Shown here in pieces: positions 47,071 to 56,633 of a DNA stretch of 64,000 bases (position 1 is its first letter; each line of letters starts with the position of its first letter). The translations under genes were made by a program, and so were the position numbers. Source of the DNA: Micrococcaceae bacterium (GTDB lineage: Bacteria; Actinomycetota; Actinomycetes; Actinomycetales; Micrococcaceae); contig JAODMR010000160.1 in assembly GCA_025465475.1 (NCBI GenBank), positions 17,744 to 81,743 of the forward strand, in the 5' to 3' direction. Under the pieces are notes generated by a model that saw only the letters and a program-made list of their open reading frames with translations, made no database searches and was not told where the DNA came from.

Positions 47071-47458
47071 CTACGCGGAGGTCGTGAGCACGGCCCAGCC
47101 GCAGCCCGTCAGGTTGACGCACCGCCGCCCGCCAGTACCGCTCCTCGGCCAGGCAGCAGGGTGGGGGCAGATCGTGCAACCGGCAATTTCACGCCCGTCC
47201 CTGACAGGTTGCGGGCCGGACAGCGTCATCTCCGCCGACCCGATCCTCCTTGATACCGCGGGACGCCTGCTCATCGCCGTAATAGATGGACGGGGTTCCA
47301 CCCACGGTCAGGAGCACCACCAGGGCGAGCGGAAGCTGATCCGGGTTGGTCAGCTTACTTTCAAGGCGGGTAACGTCATGGTTGCCGACAATCGTCAGGG
47401 GCCGGAACGTCCCAAGGAAGCCGTTGTGCCGTTCCAGCCGTTCGACCGTGTTTCCAAT
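47071..47458 (-). pseudogene. 3' remnant of a GH13 (alpha-amylase family) gene, 5'-truncated and frameshifted
   Basis: Minus-strand translation gives '*IGNTVERLERHNGFLGTFRPLTIVGNHDVTRLESKLTNPDQLPLALVVLLTVGGTPSIYYGDEQASRGIKEDRVGGDDAVRPA', followed by a stop. The C-terminal end continues in another frame ('...VNLTGCGWAVLTTSA*'). There is no start codon and no N-terminal catalytic half. Confidence 0.7.
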
Positions 47459-47605
47459 TTACCGGGACCGGCACAGCGGGAGGCAAGGAGAGTGGGCCTC
47501 ATGTGTGCCCGGCCTCGGCGCTGCGTCTTCCCTACCTCCAGTCCCCGGTGGACCTTGCTTGGCCCGTGAGGACAGCGATTCAGGGCCTGACCGCTGGGAT
47601 CTGCC

Positions 47606-48421
47606 CTATCCGCGGCGAAGGAATGAAGCAGCCCTGTCTCCCCAGGTCAGCAGATCCGCCTGCGTTGTGGACACGTGAAGCTCAGAATTCTGCAACCCGG
47701 CGGCAAGTTTCTCCGCGGTGGATTCCGGATGTCCAGGATCGCCGGCCCACGCGAGAATGAGGGTGGGATGTGTCAGGCTCCCCAGGACTTCCAAGGCCGG
47801 CAGGTCAGTTCGGGCAGCTCCCCGGAAAACGGTGGGAAGCAGTCCGGGCCTGATGTCCGGGAGCTGCGGGTACCCTGGGACCCCTTCAAAGATCGCCGGT
47901 ACAGGGGCTTTCGTGAAAAGTTCGGCTAGGGACCCTGGGTCACCGTATTCGACCACGTCGGCCATCATTTTGTATCCGGCCCCCTGTCCGGCACGGGTCT
48001 CCCAGGCAGTGGGCGGGGCCGTCAGTACGAGCCGGTCGAACCGGTCTGGGCGTTGCGTCACGGCATGCAGCAGGGTTCCGGTCCCCATGGAGGAGCCCAC
48101 ACCCGAAACCGGGTGATTGGGCGAAAAGTGGTCGGCCAGTGCCAGCAGGTCCTGTGCCAACGCCTCCCAGGTGTAGTCCTCCGGGTCCGACGTTCCCGAA
48201 GTCTCGCCGTGGCCGCGGGCGTCGTAGGAGATCAGCCGCCGGCCGGCGGTGGCGACCGGGGAAAAGTCCGCCAATCCCATGCGCCGGTTGTTCGCGCGGC
48301 TGGAACTCAACCCGTGTGCATCAAGCACGACGGCGCCGCTGCCGGTATCGGTGTAGGCCACATCGATTCCGCGAATCAGGACGTGAAGTGAAGTTTCAGG
48401 GGTCTGCTGGTGGTCGGTCAT
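47606..48421 (-). CDS. alpha/beta-fold hydrolase
   Basis: 'VLDAHGLSSS', nucleophile elbow 'GVGSSMGTG', C-terminal 'GDPGHP'. Start set to the ATG at 48421 (GAGGAG upstream). Confidence 0.7.
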   Translation of the reverse strand: MTDHQQTPETSLHVLIRGIDVAYTDTGSGAVVLDAHGLSSSRANNRRMGLADFSPVATAGRRLISYDARGHGETSGTSDPEDYTWEALAQDLLALADHFSPNHPVSGVGSSMGTGTLLHAVTQRPDRFDRLVLTAPPTAWETRAGQGAGYKMMADVVEYGDPGSLAELFTKAPVPAIFEGVPGYPQLPDIRPGLLPTVFRGAARTDLPALEVLGSLTHPTLILAWAGDPGHPESTAEKLAAGLQNSELHVSTTQADLLTWGDRAASFLRRG

Positions 48422-48558
48422 CGGGGTGCGGTCTCCTCTTCGCTCGTCCATGCGGGCGCTCCCGCGCACGTGTTCTGCTCCTGGCCCTGCGGCGAAACGT
48501 GCAAGGCCGATGCGGCAACCCACCACCCGGGAAGGGAAGTTATGGGCCGCCGATCACG

Positions 48559-49608
48559 CTAACGGGGCGGGTGCTTCAAGCTTTGCTGGTCGAGGCCGGG
48601 CCACCTGGCAGTAGTGCCGCGGACAATCAGCCGGGGTGGAAGCAGCGCGGATCGTGGGGCGAGGGAGGGCTTTTCGATGCGCTCGAGGAGCAGTTCGGCT
48701 GCCCTGATGCCAACGTCGTGGCTGACGGGGTCCACGGTGGTGAGGGAAAGATGTCTGATGCCGGAGACGTAGGTGTTGTCGTAGCCGACGAGCGAGAGCT
48801 GAGCCGGAACGGTGATGCCTTGGTCATCTGCCGCGGAGAGAGCGCCAAAGGCGAGAATGTCGTTGGCGGCGAAAACGGCAGTGGGTGTCCTGCCACTGTC
48901 GATCAGGCTGGTCATCGCCTCATAGCCGGACTGCTCCGTCATGGTGGTGGGAACGACCCGGATGTACCGGCGGAGACCGTGGTCGACCATGGCGTCCCGA
49001 TACGACTTGGCACGGAGGGAACCGGATCCTGTGGGCGCGGTGAGGTAGGCGATGTCCCGGTGTCCAAGCCCGATCAGGTGTTCCACAGCGGCCCGCGCGC
49101 CGGCGCCGTCGTCGTTGGTGACCAGATCGGCGGTCGCCAGCCCGAATTCGCGCACGCCGACCACCACAGTCGGGATGCTCCCGGTGACGCGGTTCAGGTC
49201 CTGGTCCGGTTGGATGTCGCCGGCGATGACAAGCCCGTCGACGCGCAGCTCCGCAAGCAGGGAGACCGGGCTGTCTCCGGGGCGGGCGGTGTAGCGCGGG
49301 TCGCCCAGGACCATCCGCAGGTGTTGTTGCGCCAGGACGCTTTGCAGCCCGTCCAACAGCTGCACGAACCAGGGGTTGGCCAGATCGTCGAGCACGACAC
49401 CTACGGTGCGTGTGCGACCGCTTGCCAGCGCCCGGGCAGCATTGCTCGGTGTGTAATCAAGTGCTGCGATGGCTTCCCTGACGGCCAGCCGTTTGTGGTC
49501 GCTGACTTTGGGGGAGTTTTGGAGCACCAGGGAAACAAGGGCGCGGGATACGCCTGCCCTGCGTGCCACGTCCATGATCGTGGCCCGTTGGGCACCTTGA
49601 TGTTTCAC
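48559..49608 (-). CDS. LacI-family transcriptional regulator
   Basis: HTH 'ATIMDVARRAGVSRALVSLVLQNSPKVSDHKRLAVREAIAALDYTPSNAARALASG' plus a periplasmic-binding-protein-like effector domain. Confidence 0.85.
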   Translation of the reverse strand: MKHQGAQRATIMDVARRAGVSRALVSLVLQNSPKVSDHKRLAVREAIAALDYTPSNAARALASGRTRTVGVVLDDLANPWFVQLLDGLQSVLAQQHLRMVLGDPRYTARPGDSPVSLLAELRVDGLVIAGDIQPDQDLNRVTGSIPTVVVGVREFGLATADLVTNDDGAGARAAVEHLIGLGHRDIAYLTAPTGSGSLRAKSYRDAMVDHGLRRYIRVVPTTMTEQSGYEAMTSLIDSGRTPTAVFAANDILAFGALSAADDQGITVPAQLSLVGYDNTYVSGIRHLSLTTVDPVSHDVGIRAAELLLERIEKPSLAPRSALLPPRLIVRGTTARWPGLDQQSLKHPPR

Positions 49609-49765
49609 GTTGCTCCTGGGAACGGCTCACTGTTGCCTCACAGGCTACCGCGGCAGCTGCCCTCTCCTGTTCGGCGGATGTGCCGTCCGCCGTCAATACT
49701 GCCTCCTGCAGCCCGGTGACGCGCGGAAGACGCGGATACACGTGGCGGCGAACCCCCTTCGAGGC

Positions 49766-49803
49766 AAAAACCGGCCGTGGCCCGCCAGGATCACCTGGCG
49801 GGC
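49766..49803 (-). terminator. terminator after the inositol transporter gene
   Basis: Perfect 10-bp stem GCCCGCCAGG/CCTGGCGGGC (49780-89/49794-803), 4-nt loop. On the minus strand it is followed by CACGGCCGGTTTTTG. Confidence 0.6.
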
Positions 49804-49855
49804 TACGGTCCAATCAGGTCGGCCACCAAGGGCACTCCCCCGGTGGACCGGTGCC

Positions 49856-51304
49856 TTAGTTCGCCAGCTCGGGCTCACCGCCTGGCCGTGCGGGTGAGAG
49901 TATGGGCAGGGAGCCGGTGCGGAACTGCACCTCCAGCTCTTCCAGGGACTGGCCCTTGGTTTCGGGTACAACCTTCGACACGAAGATCAGCGAGACGATG
50001 TTCACCAGGACGAACACGGTGAAGGTGCCCGTGGATCCGAGACTGACGACGAGGATCGGAAACAGGAAGGAGATCGCGGCGTTGACGGTCCAGAGCGCGA
50101 AGACGGCGACCCCCATGGCAAATCCCCTGATGGCCAGCGGAAAAATCTCCGAGAGGAGCAGCCAAACGCAGGTGCCAATGAAGCACTGCACGAAGGCCAC
50201 AAAGAGCATCATGGCCGCAAGGATGATGTAGCTGACGAGGTCTGACTGAGGCAGCAGGAAGACGACAGCCAGGATCGCCTGGGAGGCGACGACGCCGGAG
50301 AAGCCGATGATCAGCATGCGGCGGCGTCCAATGTAGCCGAGCAGCCAAATGCCCAGGATGGTCATGAGCACCGAGGTCACGCCCACGGCGATCGTGGCCA
50401 CAAGGGACGCGCTCACGCCGAGGCCGCTGCGCTCCAGGATAGTGGGAGCGTAGTAGTTCACCGTGTTGATGCCGGTTGCCTGCTGAACCACTGCAAGGCC
50501 GATGCCCGTCCACAGCAGCTTTCGCATCCAGGGGTTGTTTTTCAGGTCGCGCAGCGCGGACGAGCGTTCATTCCTCGCGGTGTCCGCTGCGGCGACGATT
50601 TCGTTGTATTCGAAGTCCGCCTCCTCCGGGCTGCGGCTGAGGTCCAGGATGCGGCGGCTATCGGCCAGCCGGTCGCGGATGGCGAACCACCGCGGCGATT
50701 CCGGCAGCACCAGCATTCCAGCCATGAGGGCGATGGCCGGAACGGAGGCAATGGCGAGCATGATGCGCCAAACCTGAGCGTCGTGGATCACGGCGTCAAG
50801 GAGCGCGTTGATGGCGAAGGCGAGCATCTGGCCGGTCACGATCATCAACTCGTTGATGGTGACCATGCGGCCGCGCAGATGTGAGGGAGCCATTTCCGCC
50901 AAATAGAGGGGGCAGGTCACGGCAGCCGCGCCCACACCCAGGCCGAGGATGATCCGGGCGCCGACCATGAAGGGCACGTTGGGCGCCAACGCACAACCGA
51001 GGGCGCCGATCAGGAAGAGCGCGGCGCAGACGAGCAGGGTCCCCCTCCGGCCCAGCTTATCGGCCAGCCTTCCTCCGCTGAGGGCGCCAACTGCGGCGCC
51101 GGGAAAGAGCAGGGCACTGACGACCGTCGCCTCTTCGACGGCGTTCATGTTGAGTGCGTCCTGCATGTAAAGCAGGGCACCGGAGATAACTCCGGTGTCG
51201 TATCCAAAAAGTAGTCCGCCCAGGGTTGAGATAACGGTAAGGCGGGCGAGGTATCCACGGTGCTTCGAGCCCGATGCGGGCTGGCGTGCTTGATGCAACG
51301 ACAT
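49856..51304 (-). CDS. iolT: sugar-porter MFS transporter (myo-inositol/H+ symporter-like)
   Basis: 'GGLLFGYDTGVISGAL', 'GRLADKLGRR', 'PESPRW', 'PETKG' sugar-porter signatures. Located in the iol cluster. Start set to the ATG at 51304 (GAGGAAG RBS). Confidence 0.8.
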   Translation of the reverse strand: MSLHQARQPASGSKHRGYLARLTVISTLGGLLFGYDTGVISGALLYMQDALNMNAVEEATVVSALLFPGAAVGALSGGRLADKLGRRGTLLVCAALFLIGALGCALAPNVPFMVGARIILGLGVGAAAVTCPLYLAEMAPSHLRGRMVTINELMIVTGQMLAFAINALLDAVIHDAQVWRIMLAIASVPAIALMAGMLVLPESPRWFAIRDRLADSRRILDLSRSPEEADFEYNEIVAAADTARNERSSALRDLKNNPWMRKLLWTGIGLAVVQQATGINTVNYYAPTILERSGLGVSASLVATIAVGVTSVLMTILGIWLLGYIGRRRMLIIGFSGVVASQAILAVVFLLPQSDLVSYIILAAMMLFVAFVQCFIGTCVWLLLSEIFPLAIRGFAMGVAVFALWTVNAAISFLFPILVVSLGSTGTFTVFVLVNIVSLIFVSKVVPETKGQSLEELEVQFRTGSLPILSPARPGGEPELAN

Positions 51305-51364
51305 TGTTGACTTCCTCTGATAGGTGGGCCGCACTGCTTGGGGCCAGGAATGGAAGGTGCACTA

Positions 51365-51378
51365 GTGGTCTAGATCAC
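51365..51378. promoter_or_regulatory. GntR/HutC-type (dre-like) dyad upstream of iolT
   Basis: GTGGTCTAGATCAC (12/14 symmetric), preceded by ACTAGT. It lies about 60 nt upstream of the iolT ATG. Confidence 0.4.
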
Positions 51379-51417
51379 GTCAACACATTAGAGCGATCCA
51401 ACCCGCCGGTCAATACT

Positions 51418-51527
51418 ATGTCCTGACATTAGGTCAAATTGCTCGCTGGCTCTTCGTGATGCCCTTCCGCCCATCGATGAGGCGCAAGCACTAATGTCCT
51501 ATCAATGGGACATGGTTCCTGACATAC
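51418..51527. promoter_or_regulatory. cluster of TGTCC-N-GACAT type dyads in the iolT/gntR divergent region
   Basis: ATGTCCTGACAT (51418-29), ATGTCCTATCAATGGGACAT (51494-513) and GGTTCCTGACATAC (51514-27). The last two lie 50-80 nt upstream of the gntR ATG. Confidence 0.4.
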
Positions 51528-51575
51528 TGATTCCGGTCGCGGAGGACTACCGCCGCAGTACAACAGGAAGATTCA

Positions 51576-52316
51576 ATGACGAACAAGCTGCACATCAGCG
51601 TCGACAGGTCATCGCCGGTGCCCCTGTACCACCAGGTGGTGCAGGGCATCGAAGCTGCCATCCAGACTGGAGTGCTGGAACCCGGCAGCCGTCTGGAGAA
51701 CGAGATAGAGCTCGCAGCACAGCTGAATCTTTCCCGGCCCACCATGCGCAAGGCTCTTGCCGAATTGGTCCGCGCAGGCCTGCTGGTCCGCAAGCGTGGA
51801 GTGGGAACGCAGGTCGTCTCCAGCCGGGTGCGACGACCACTGGAGCTCTCCAGCCTCTTTGACGACCTAAGCAGCAGTGGCAGTAAACCCACCACCAGGG
51901 TGCTGACGTTCGAGCACACCGAACCCGACGAGGTCACGAGGCGGGCCCTGGACCTGCCGGCCGGCGTCGGTGTGTATCACTTCACCAGGCTCCGCAAGGT
52001 GGGTGAAGTTCCACTGGCTCTGATGGAAAACTGGGTCCGGGACGACATCACCGAGATCGGTGAGCAGTCGCTCTGTTCCCAGGGCCTGTATGCCATCCTT
52101 CGCAACGGTGGAGTGAACTTCCGCCTGGCCACGCAGCGGATCGGCGCGATGGTTGCTAACGACTACCAGGCCCAACTCCTCGAAACGGTTTCCGGGTCAG
52201 CATTGGTTTCCATGGAACGGACCGCCGTAGACGACATCGGCCGGAATGTGGAGACAGGTCATCACGTATACAGGGCTGATTCGTACAGCTTTGAAATGAC
52301 CCTGGTTCAGCGCTAA
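51576..52316 (+). CDS. GntR-family (HutC subfamily, UTRA effector domain) regulator, probable IolR
   Basis: wHTH 'PLYHQVVQGIEAAIQTGVLEPGSRLENEIELAAQLNLSRPTMRKALAELVRAGLLVRKRGVGTQV' plus a UTRA-like C-terminus. Sits directly upstream of iolB with no operator-like motif between them. Confidence 0.85.
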   Translation: MTNKLHISVDRSSPVPLYHQVVQGIEAAIQTGVLEPGSRLENEIELAAQLNLSRPTMRKALAELVRAGLLVRKRGVGTQVVSSRVRRPLELSSLFDDLSSSGSKPTTRVLTFEHTEPDEVTRRALDLPAGVGVYHFTRLRKVGEVPLALMENWVRDDITEIGEQSLCSQGLYAILRNGGVNFRLATQRIGAMVANDYQAQLLETVSGSALVSMERTAVDDIGRNVETGHHVYRADSYSFEMTLVQR

Positions 52317-52388
52317 CCAGCACGGGAAGCGCGTGCCTCCCCTCAGGCTGAACCGGGACCGATCCTCGAAAACGAAAGAGAGCAGGAC

Positions 52389-53303
52389 ATGGCTGATTGG
52401 GTATATCCGCTGGGCAGCGCAGCTGACGGCTGTTGGGACGTTTCATTGGGAACGGCGGATTCCACCCTCGTTGTTGATGGTTGGGCACATACGGGGTTGA
52501 AGGTGGCCTCACTGGCCCCCGAAAGTGTGGTCGAACTTCCACCAGCGGATGAGGAACGGATAGTGATTCCGCTCAGCGGAGCCTTTACGGTAACGGTCAC
52601 GGACGACGAACACCATCTGGCGGGCAGGCGGGATGTCTTCAGCGGACCTACCGACGTTCTGTACTCAGGAACAGGAAAGGCGGTAAGGATCAGTTCGAGG
52701 CAAGGCGGCCGGATCGCAGTTGCCACGGCACCGGCCAAGGTGCACTACCCCACCAGGCTCATTACGGCGGCCGAAACACCGGTCGAACTGCGGGGTGCGG
52801 GAAGTTGTTCGCGCCAGGTCCACAATTTTGGAACGCCCGCGGCGCTTGAAGCTGACCGATTCATTGTGTGCGAAGTCATCACGCCGGCAGGTAACTGGTC
52901 CTCCTACCCGCCCCATAAGCATGACGAGGAAACGGATGGGGAAACCCACCTGGAGGAGATCTATTACTTCGAAACCCGGGTCGCTGATGTTCCGGGAGGG
53001 GCTGGTCCCGGCGCCAAGGCCGACGCCATTGGGTACCAGCGGGTGTACGCCTCTGATGAACGTGCCATCGATGTTGCCGCCGAGGTACGCACCGGTGACG
53101 TCGTGCTGGTTCCCTATGGCTGGCATGGCCCGGCCATGGCCGCACCCGGATATGACCTGTACTACCTGAACGTGATGGCCGGGCCGGGCCGAGTCCGGGA
53201 CTGGCTCATCAGTGACGACCCGCACCACGGCTGGGTGCGCCAAAGCTGGGAGGGCCAGGAAGTGGACGCCCGTCTGCCCTTTGGCGCTGCCCGGGTGTCC
53301 TGA
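52389..53303 (+). CDS. iolB: 5-deoxy-glucuronate isomerase
   Basis: Cupin motif 'NWSSYPPHKHDEE...LEEIYYF', plus 'VVLVPYGWHGP'. Length about 300 aa. Confidence 0.85.
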   Translation: MADWVYPLGSAADGCWDVSLGTADSTLVVDGWAHTGLKVASLAPESVVELPPADEERIVIPLSGAFTVTVTDDEHHLAGRRDVFSGPTDVLYSGTGKAVRISSRQGGRIAVATAPAKVHYPTRLITAAETPVELRGAGSCSRQVHNFGTPAALEADRFIVCEVITPAGNWSSYPPHKHDEETDGETHLEEIYYFETRVADVPGGAGPGAKADAIGYQRVYASDERAIDVAAEVRTGDVVLVPYGWHGPAMAAPGYDLYYLNVMAGPGRVRDWLISDDPHHGWVRQSWEGQEVDARLPFGAARVS

Positions 53304-53329
53304 AGCGGGACCCGGGCGGATAGCCAGGT

Positions 53330-53383
53330 GAAGACCTCTTAGGCTGGTCGCTGCCACGCGTAGCCGCCGCCCAAGAGGTCTTC
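53330..53383. terminator. hairpin in the convergent gap after iolB
   Basis: 11-bp perfect arms GAAGACCTCTT (53330-40) and AAGAGGTCTTC (53373-83). The loop is large (32 nt) and there is no U-tract. Confidence 0.3.
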
Positions 53384-53636
53384 GTCCCGACCGCGATCCC
53401 CGTCTGACCTGGAGGATCACGTCCGCCCCGGGGAGGGTTCCGAAGGCCAGTGCGAAAGCGGTAACGAGGTGACCTGGCTCCCGACCGGCGGGGTCGGATG
53501 CGGGTATTCCTGCACCGACGAACGGCTCAGTTGATGGCGCCGACGCGTCTTTGAAGGGTGGTCCGCCAAAGGTTGAAACGATGGTGATCCTGCAGAGCGC
53601 TTCTGGGTGTTTAGGGATGCTTCCGCTCGGCGACCG

Positions 53637-54512
53637 TCATGAGGAGACCGCGTGGATGTATTCCTCCATGGTCTTCAGTTGGTAGCGGGAAACGTCCGCT
53701 GCGTTCTCGTTCTCGGCGAAAACGCTGGAAACCATGACGGTGTTCTCCCGCTCCAGGAACCCGATTTCCTTCAGCCCGCTGAAGAACTCGTTCCAATTGA
53801 CGTCGCCGTCACCGACTTTCAGGTGCTGGTGCACCCGCACCGGGTTGCCGGGCGGGTTGGTGATGTAGCGCAGCCCATGTGACGCGGAGTGGTCCATCGT
53901 GTCGGCGACGTGGACCAGGCGCAGCCTGTCACCGGCCGCCCGCATGATTTCCAGCGGCTTGTTCCGCATGTGGAAACTGTGTGAGGCAACGTAGACCAGG
54001 CCAACGTTGGGGGAGTTAAGGCCGCGGATCAAGCGGATCGCTGCGAGGCCCTCCTCCACGAAGTCGTCGGGATGGGGGTCAATGAGGAGGTCGAGGCCTT
54101 CCCGTTCGATGATCGGCAGGAGTTCCTCCATGGACCGGTAGAAGGCCCGCTCGGATTCCTCGGCCTTTTCGGGGCGACCGGAGAACTCGGTGTTGATGGT
54201 TCCCACGCCCAGGTCCACGGTGATTTGGATGACCCGCTTCCAGTACCGGACAGCGGCCTCGCGGGCGTCTTCATCCGGGCCGGACCAGCGAAGCACCGGC
54301 AGAACGGAGGCGATTTCGATCCCCGCGTCCCGGCAGGCGCGTTTCAGCTGGCCTACGAGTTCGTCGTCGGCCTTGGGGTGGTTGAAGAAGGGGATGAAGT
54401 CCGCATGCGGTGTCAGCTGCATGTACTGGTAGCCGAGGTCGGCAACAACCCTGGGGAACTCCAGCAGGCTGTGGCTGTGGTGGAACGGCGTCGGGTCAAG
54501 GGCAATTTTCAT
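53637..54512 (-). CDS. sugar phosphate isomerase/epimerase, IolH-like
   Basis: 'MKIALDPTPFHHSHSLLEFPRVVADLGYQYMQLTPHADFIPFF', 'AAVRYWKRVIQITVDLG', 'LLIDPHPDDF'. Last gene of the iol operon. Confidence 0.7.
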   Translation of the reverse strand: MKIALDPTPFHHSHSLLEFPRVVADLGYQYMQLTPHADFIPFFNHPKADDELVGQLKRACRDAGIEIASVLPVLRWSGPDEDAREAAVRYWKRVIQITVDLGVGTINTEFSGRPEKAEESERAFYRSMEELLPIIEREGLDLLIDPHPDDFVEEGLAAIRLIRGLNSPNVGLVYVASHSFHMRNKPLEIMRAAGDRLRLVHVADTMDHSASHGLRYITNPPGNPVRVHQHLKVGDGDVNWNEFFSGLKEIGFLERENTVMVSSVFAENENAADVSRYQLKTMEEYIHAVSS

Positions 54513-54593
54513 GGCACTCCAATGGGGAATGTGGCTATCTATGATGGTGTTTCGGCGCCTGGAGCGCCGGCAGACTCCCTCGATGCCGGGGGG

Positions 54594-55607
54594 TCAGTTG
54601 TACAGCGCAGGTTTCGCCTTGAGCCGAACGGTCACCTTCTCGCCGTTCTTCTGTGCCTCGACCCCCGCCTCACAGCACGCGGCCGTCGCGTATCCGTCCC
54701 AGGCGGTCGGGCCGCCAACTTCTCCGCGGAGGGCTGCATCCACCCATGACTGGATTTCCGTATCGTAGGCTGCACCGAATCGCTCCTCAAAGCCGGCCGT
54801 GATGTTGCCTCCCCAGCGGCCGGCACTGCGGGTGTAGGGTCCCCTGTCTCCCCCGATGCTGACCACGCCTTCCTCGAAGGATGCCTGCGTGGCTACTTCA
54901 TAGCCGAATTTGGCGTTGACGTAGATTTCGACGTCAGCCAAGACGCCGGATTCGGTCTCGATCAGGACGTGCTGGGGATCATGCTGACCGGAGGGGGCGT
55001 TTTTCGTAGCCTTGCCGAGGCGGACCTGGACGCTGGTGATCTCCTCGCCGGTGAAGAAACGGATGGCATCGAATTCGTGCACGACGGAGTCGTTGATTAG
55101 CATCTCGTTCGTGAAGCTCGCCGGGGTTTCGGGGTTGCGGTGCTGGTGGTGCAGCATGAGCAGTTCCCCCAGCTCGTTGTCCCGGATGATCCGTCCGAGG
55201 GCGGCGTATTCGTCGTCGAAGCGGCGCATGAAGCCGACCTGGATGCGCTTGTGGCCCAGCCTTTCCTCGGCCTGGACGATCTTCCAGGCCGACTCCGCAT
55301 CCGGCGTCAACGGCTTTTCGCAAAGGATGGGGATGTCCCGGGCGAGGGCGCTGAGCAGGATGTCCTCGTGCAGGAATCCTGGCGTGGCGATCAGTACGGC
55401 GTTGACATCGCCGTTGTCGAGGGCTTCGGCGGCGTCGGTGAGGGCCACGGCCCCGTCGATGCCTTCAATGGCAGCCTGGGCCCGGGCGGCGTCGACGTCG
55501 ACGACGGCGGCGACTTCGGCGCCGTGGATGCGGGTGTGCAGGCGGGCGATGTGGTCCGCGCCCATGCGTCCGGCACCGATGACGGCGACGCGCAGTTTTT
55601 CAGTCAT
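54594..55607 (-). CDS. iolG: inositol 2-dehydrogenase (Gfo/Idh/MocA family)
   Basis: 'LRVAVIGAGRMGADHIARL', 'CEKPL', 337 aa, iol context. Confidence 0.8.
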   Translation of the reverse strand: MTEKLRVAVIGAGRMGADHIARLHTRIHGAEVAAVVDVDAARAQAAIEGIDGAVALTDAAEALDNGDVNAVLIATPGFLHEDILLSALARDIPILCEKPLTPDAESAWKIVQAEERLGHKRIQVGFMRRFDDEYAALGRIIRDNELGELLMLHHQHRNPETPASFTNEMLINDSVVHEFDAIRFFTGEEITSVQVRLGKATKNAPSGQHDPQHVLIETESGVLADVEIYVNAKFGYEVATQASFEEGVVSIGGDRGPYTRSAGRWGGNITAGFEERFGAAYDTEIQSWVDAALRGEVGGPTAWDGYATAACCEAGVEAQKNGEKVTVRLKAKPALYN

Positions 55608-55657
55608 GATTTCGTGTTGTCCTTTACAGTTGGGAGCGGCGGGCCCGCAGGGGCGAA

Positions 55658-56575
55658 TCAGTTGACGGATGTCCTGGAGCCGCAGGAAAGCAGGTAGTTA
55701 CGGGTGCGCTTGGCGATGGGCATCGGCGCGTCGAAGTTCACGGGGTACATGTCCTGTTCGACGATGCCGAAGATGGGCCGGTTCAGGGCCTCGACCGCGT
55801 CGATGACAGCACGGAGGTCCGGGAGCCCGTTGGGTGGTTCGGTCATGACGCCGGCGAGGTTGGCCGCAGCCCAGGTCATGTTGTTCTCGTTGACCTTTTT
55901 CAGGATGTCCGGGTTGATCTGCTTAAGGTGCAGGTAGCCGATCCGGTCGGGGAAGTTTTTGATCAGCTCCATGCTGGAGGCCCCGCAGTACTCCGCGTGC
56001 CCGGTGTCCAGGCAAAGGTTCAGGTACTTCGGGTCGGTTGCGGCCAGGAGCGTTTCGATGTCCTCCTGCGCGCCAACGTGGGAATCGGCGTGGGAATGGA
56101 ACTGCTGGTGCAGGCCGTACTCCTGGAGCAGTGTCTTGCCCAGCCGGTTATGTCCGGTGAAGAGGTCGCTCCAGGCCTGCTCGGTGAGCTGTCCGCTTTC
56201 CACTGCTTCGCCGGTCACGTCGTCCCGCCACATGGCGGGGATGACGACGAGGTGTTCGCCGCCCATGGCCGCGGTCAATTCAGCGACCTTGCGGGACTGT
56301 TCCCACGTGGCGTCGTAGCTGTCGGCACCGCGGTGGAAGGCCGTGAAGACGGTTCCTGCGGAAATTTTCAGGTCACGCTGCTTCAACTCCTCACCAAGGC
56401 GCACCGGGTCAGTCGGCAGGTAGCCGTACGGGCCAAGTTCAATCCACTTGTATCCCGACTCGGCGACTTCGTCGAGGAACCGCTGCCATGGTGTTTGCTT
56501 CGGGTCATCTGCAAACCAGACTCCCCAGGAATCCGGCGCGGTTCCGATGATCAATTTGTTTTCTGCGTCAGTCAT
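55658..56575 (-). CDS. iolE: TIM-barrel inosose dehydratase-like protein
   Basis: 'IIGTAPDSWGVWFADD', 'FHSHADSHVGAQEDIETLLAATDPKYLNLCLDTGH', 'GIVEQDMYP'. These parallel the B. subtilis IolE layout (GIAPIGWRNDD / YHHHMGT...DTGH / VVEAEQD). The functional assignment rests on context. Confidence 0.65.
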   Translation of the reverse strand: MTDAENKLIIGTAPDSWGVWFADDPKQTPWQRFLDEVAESGYKWIELGPYGYLPTDPVRLGEELKQRDLKISAGTVFTAFHRGADSYDATWEQSRKVAELTAAMGGEHLVVIPAMWRDDVTGEAVESGQLTEQAWSDLFTGHNRLGKTLLQEYGLHQQFHSHADSHVGAQEDIETLLAATDPKYLNLCLDTGHAEYCGASSMELIKNFPDRIGYLHLKQINPDILKKVNENNMTWAAANLAGVMTEPPNGLPDLRAVIDAVEALNRPIFGIVEQDMYPVNFDAPMPIAKRTRNYLLSCGSRTSVN

Positions 56576-56633
56576 GACGGCGGTTCCTCTTTCTGGTGGG
56601 CCTCAAGCGTTGAGGGTGGCGGTTGTGCGGGTT

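Noticed and set aside
53384-53636. Unassigned 250 nt between iolB and the iolH-like gene, with a stop-free minus-strand frame (…ITIVSTFGGPPFKDASAPSTEPFVGAG…)
   Set aside because: There is no start codon, RBS or recognisable motif. The frame continues antisense into iolB. It may be another gene remnant, but I cannot support that from sequence alone.
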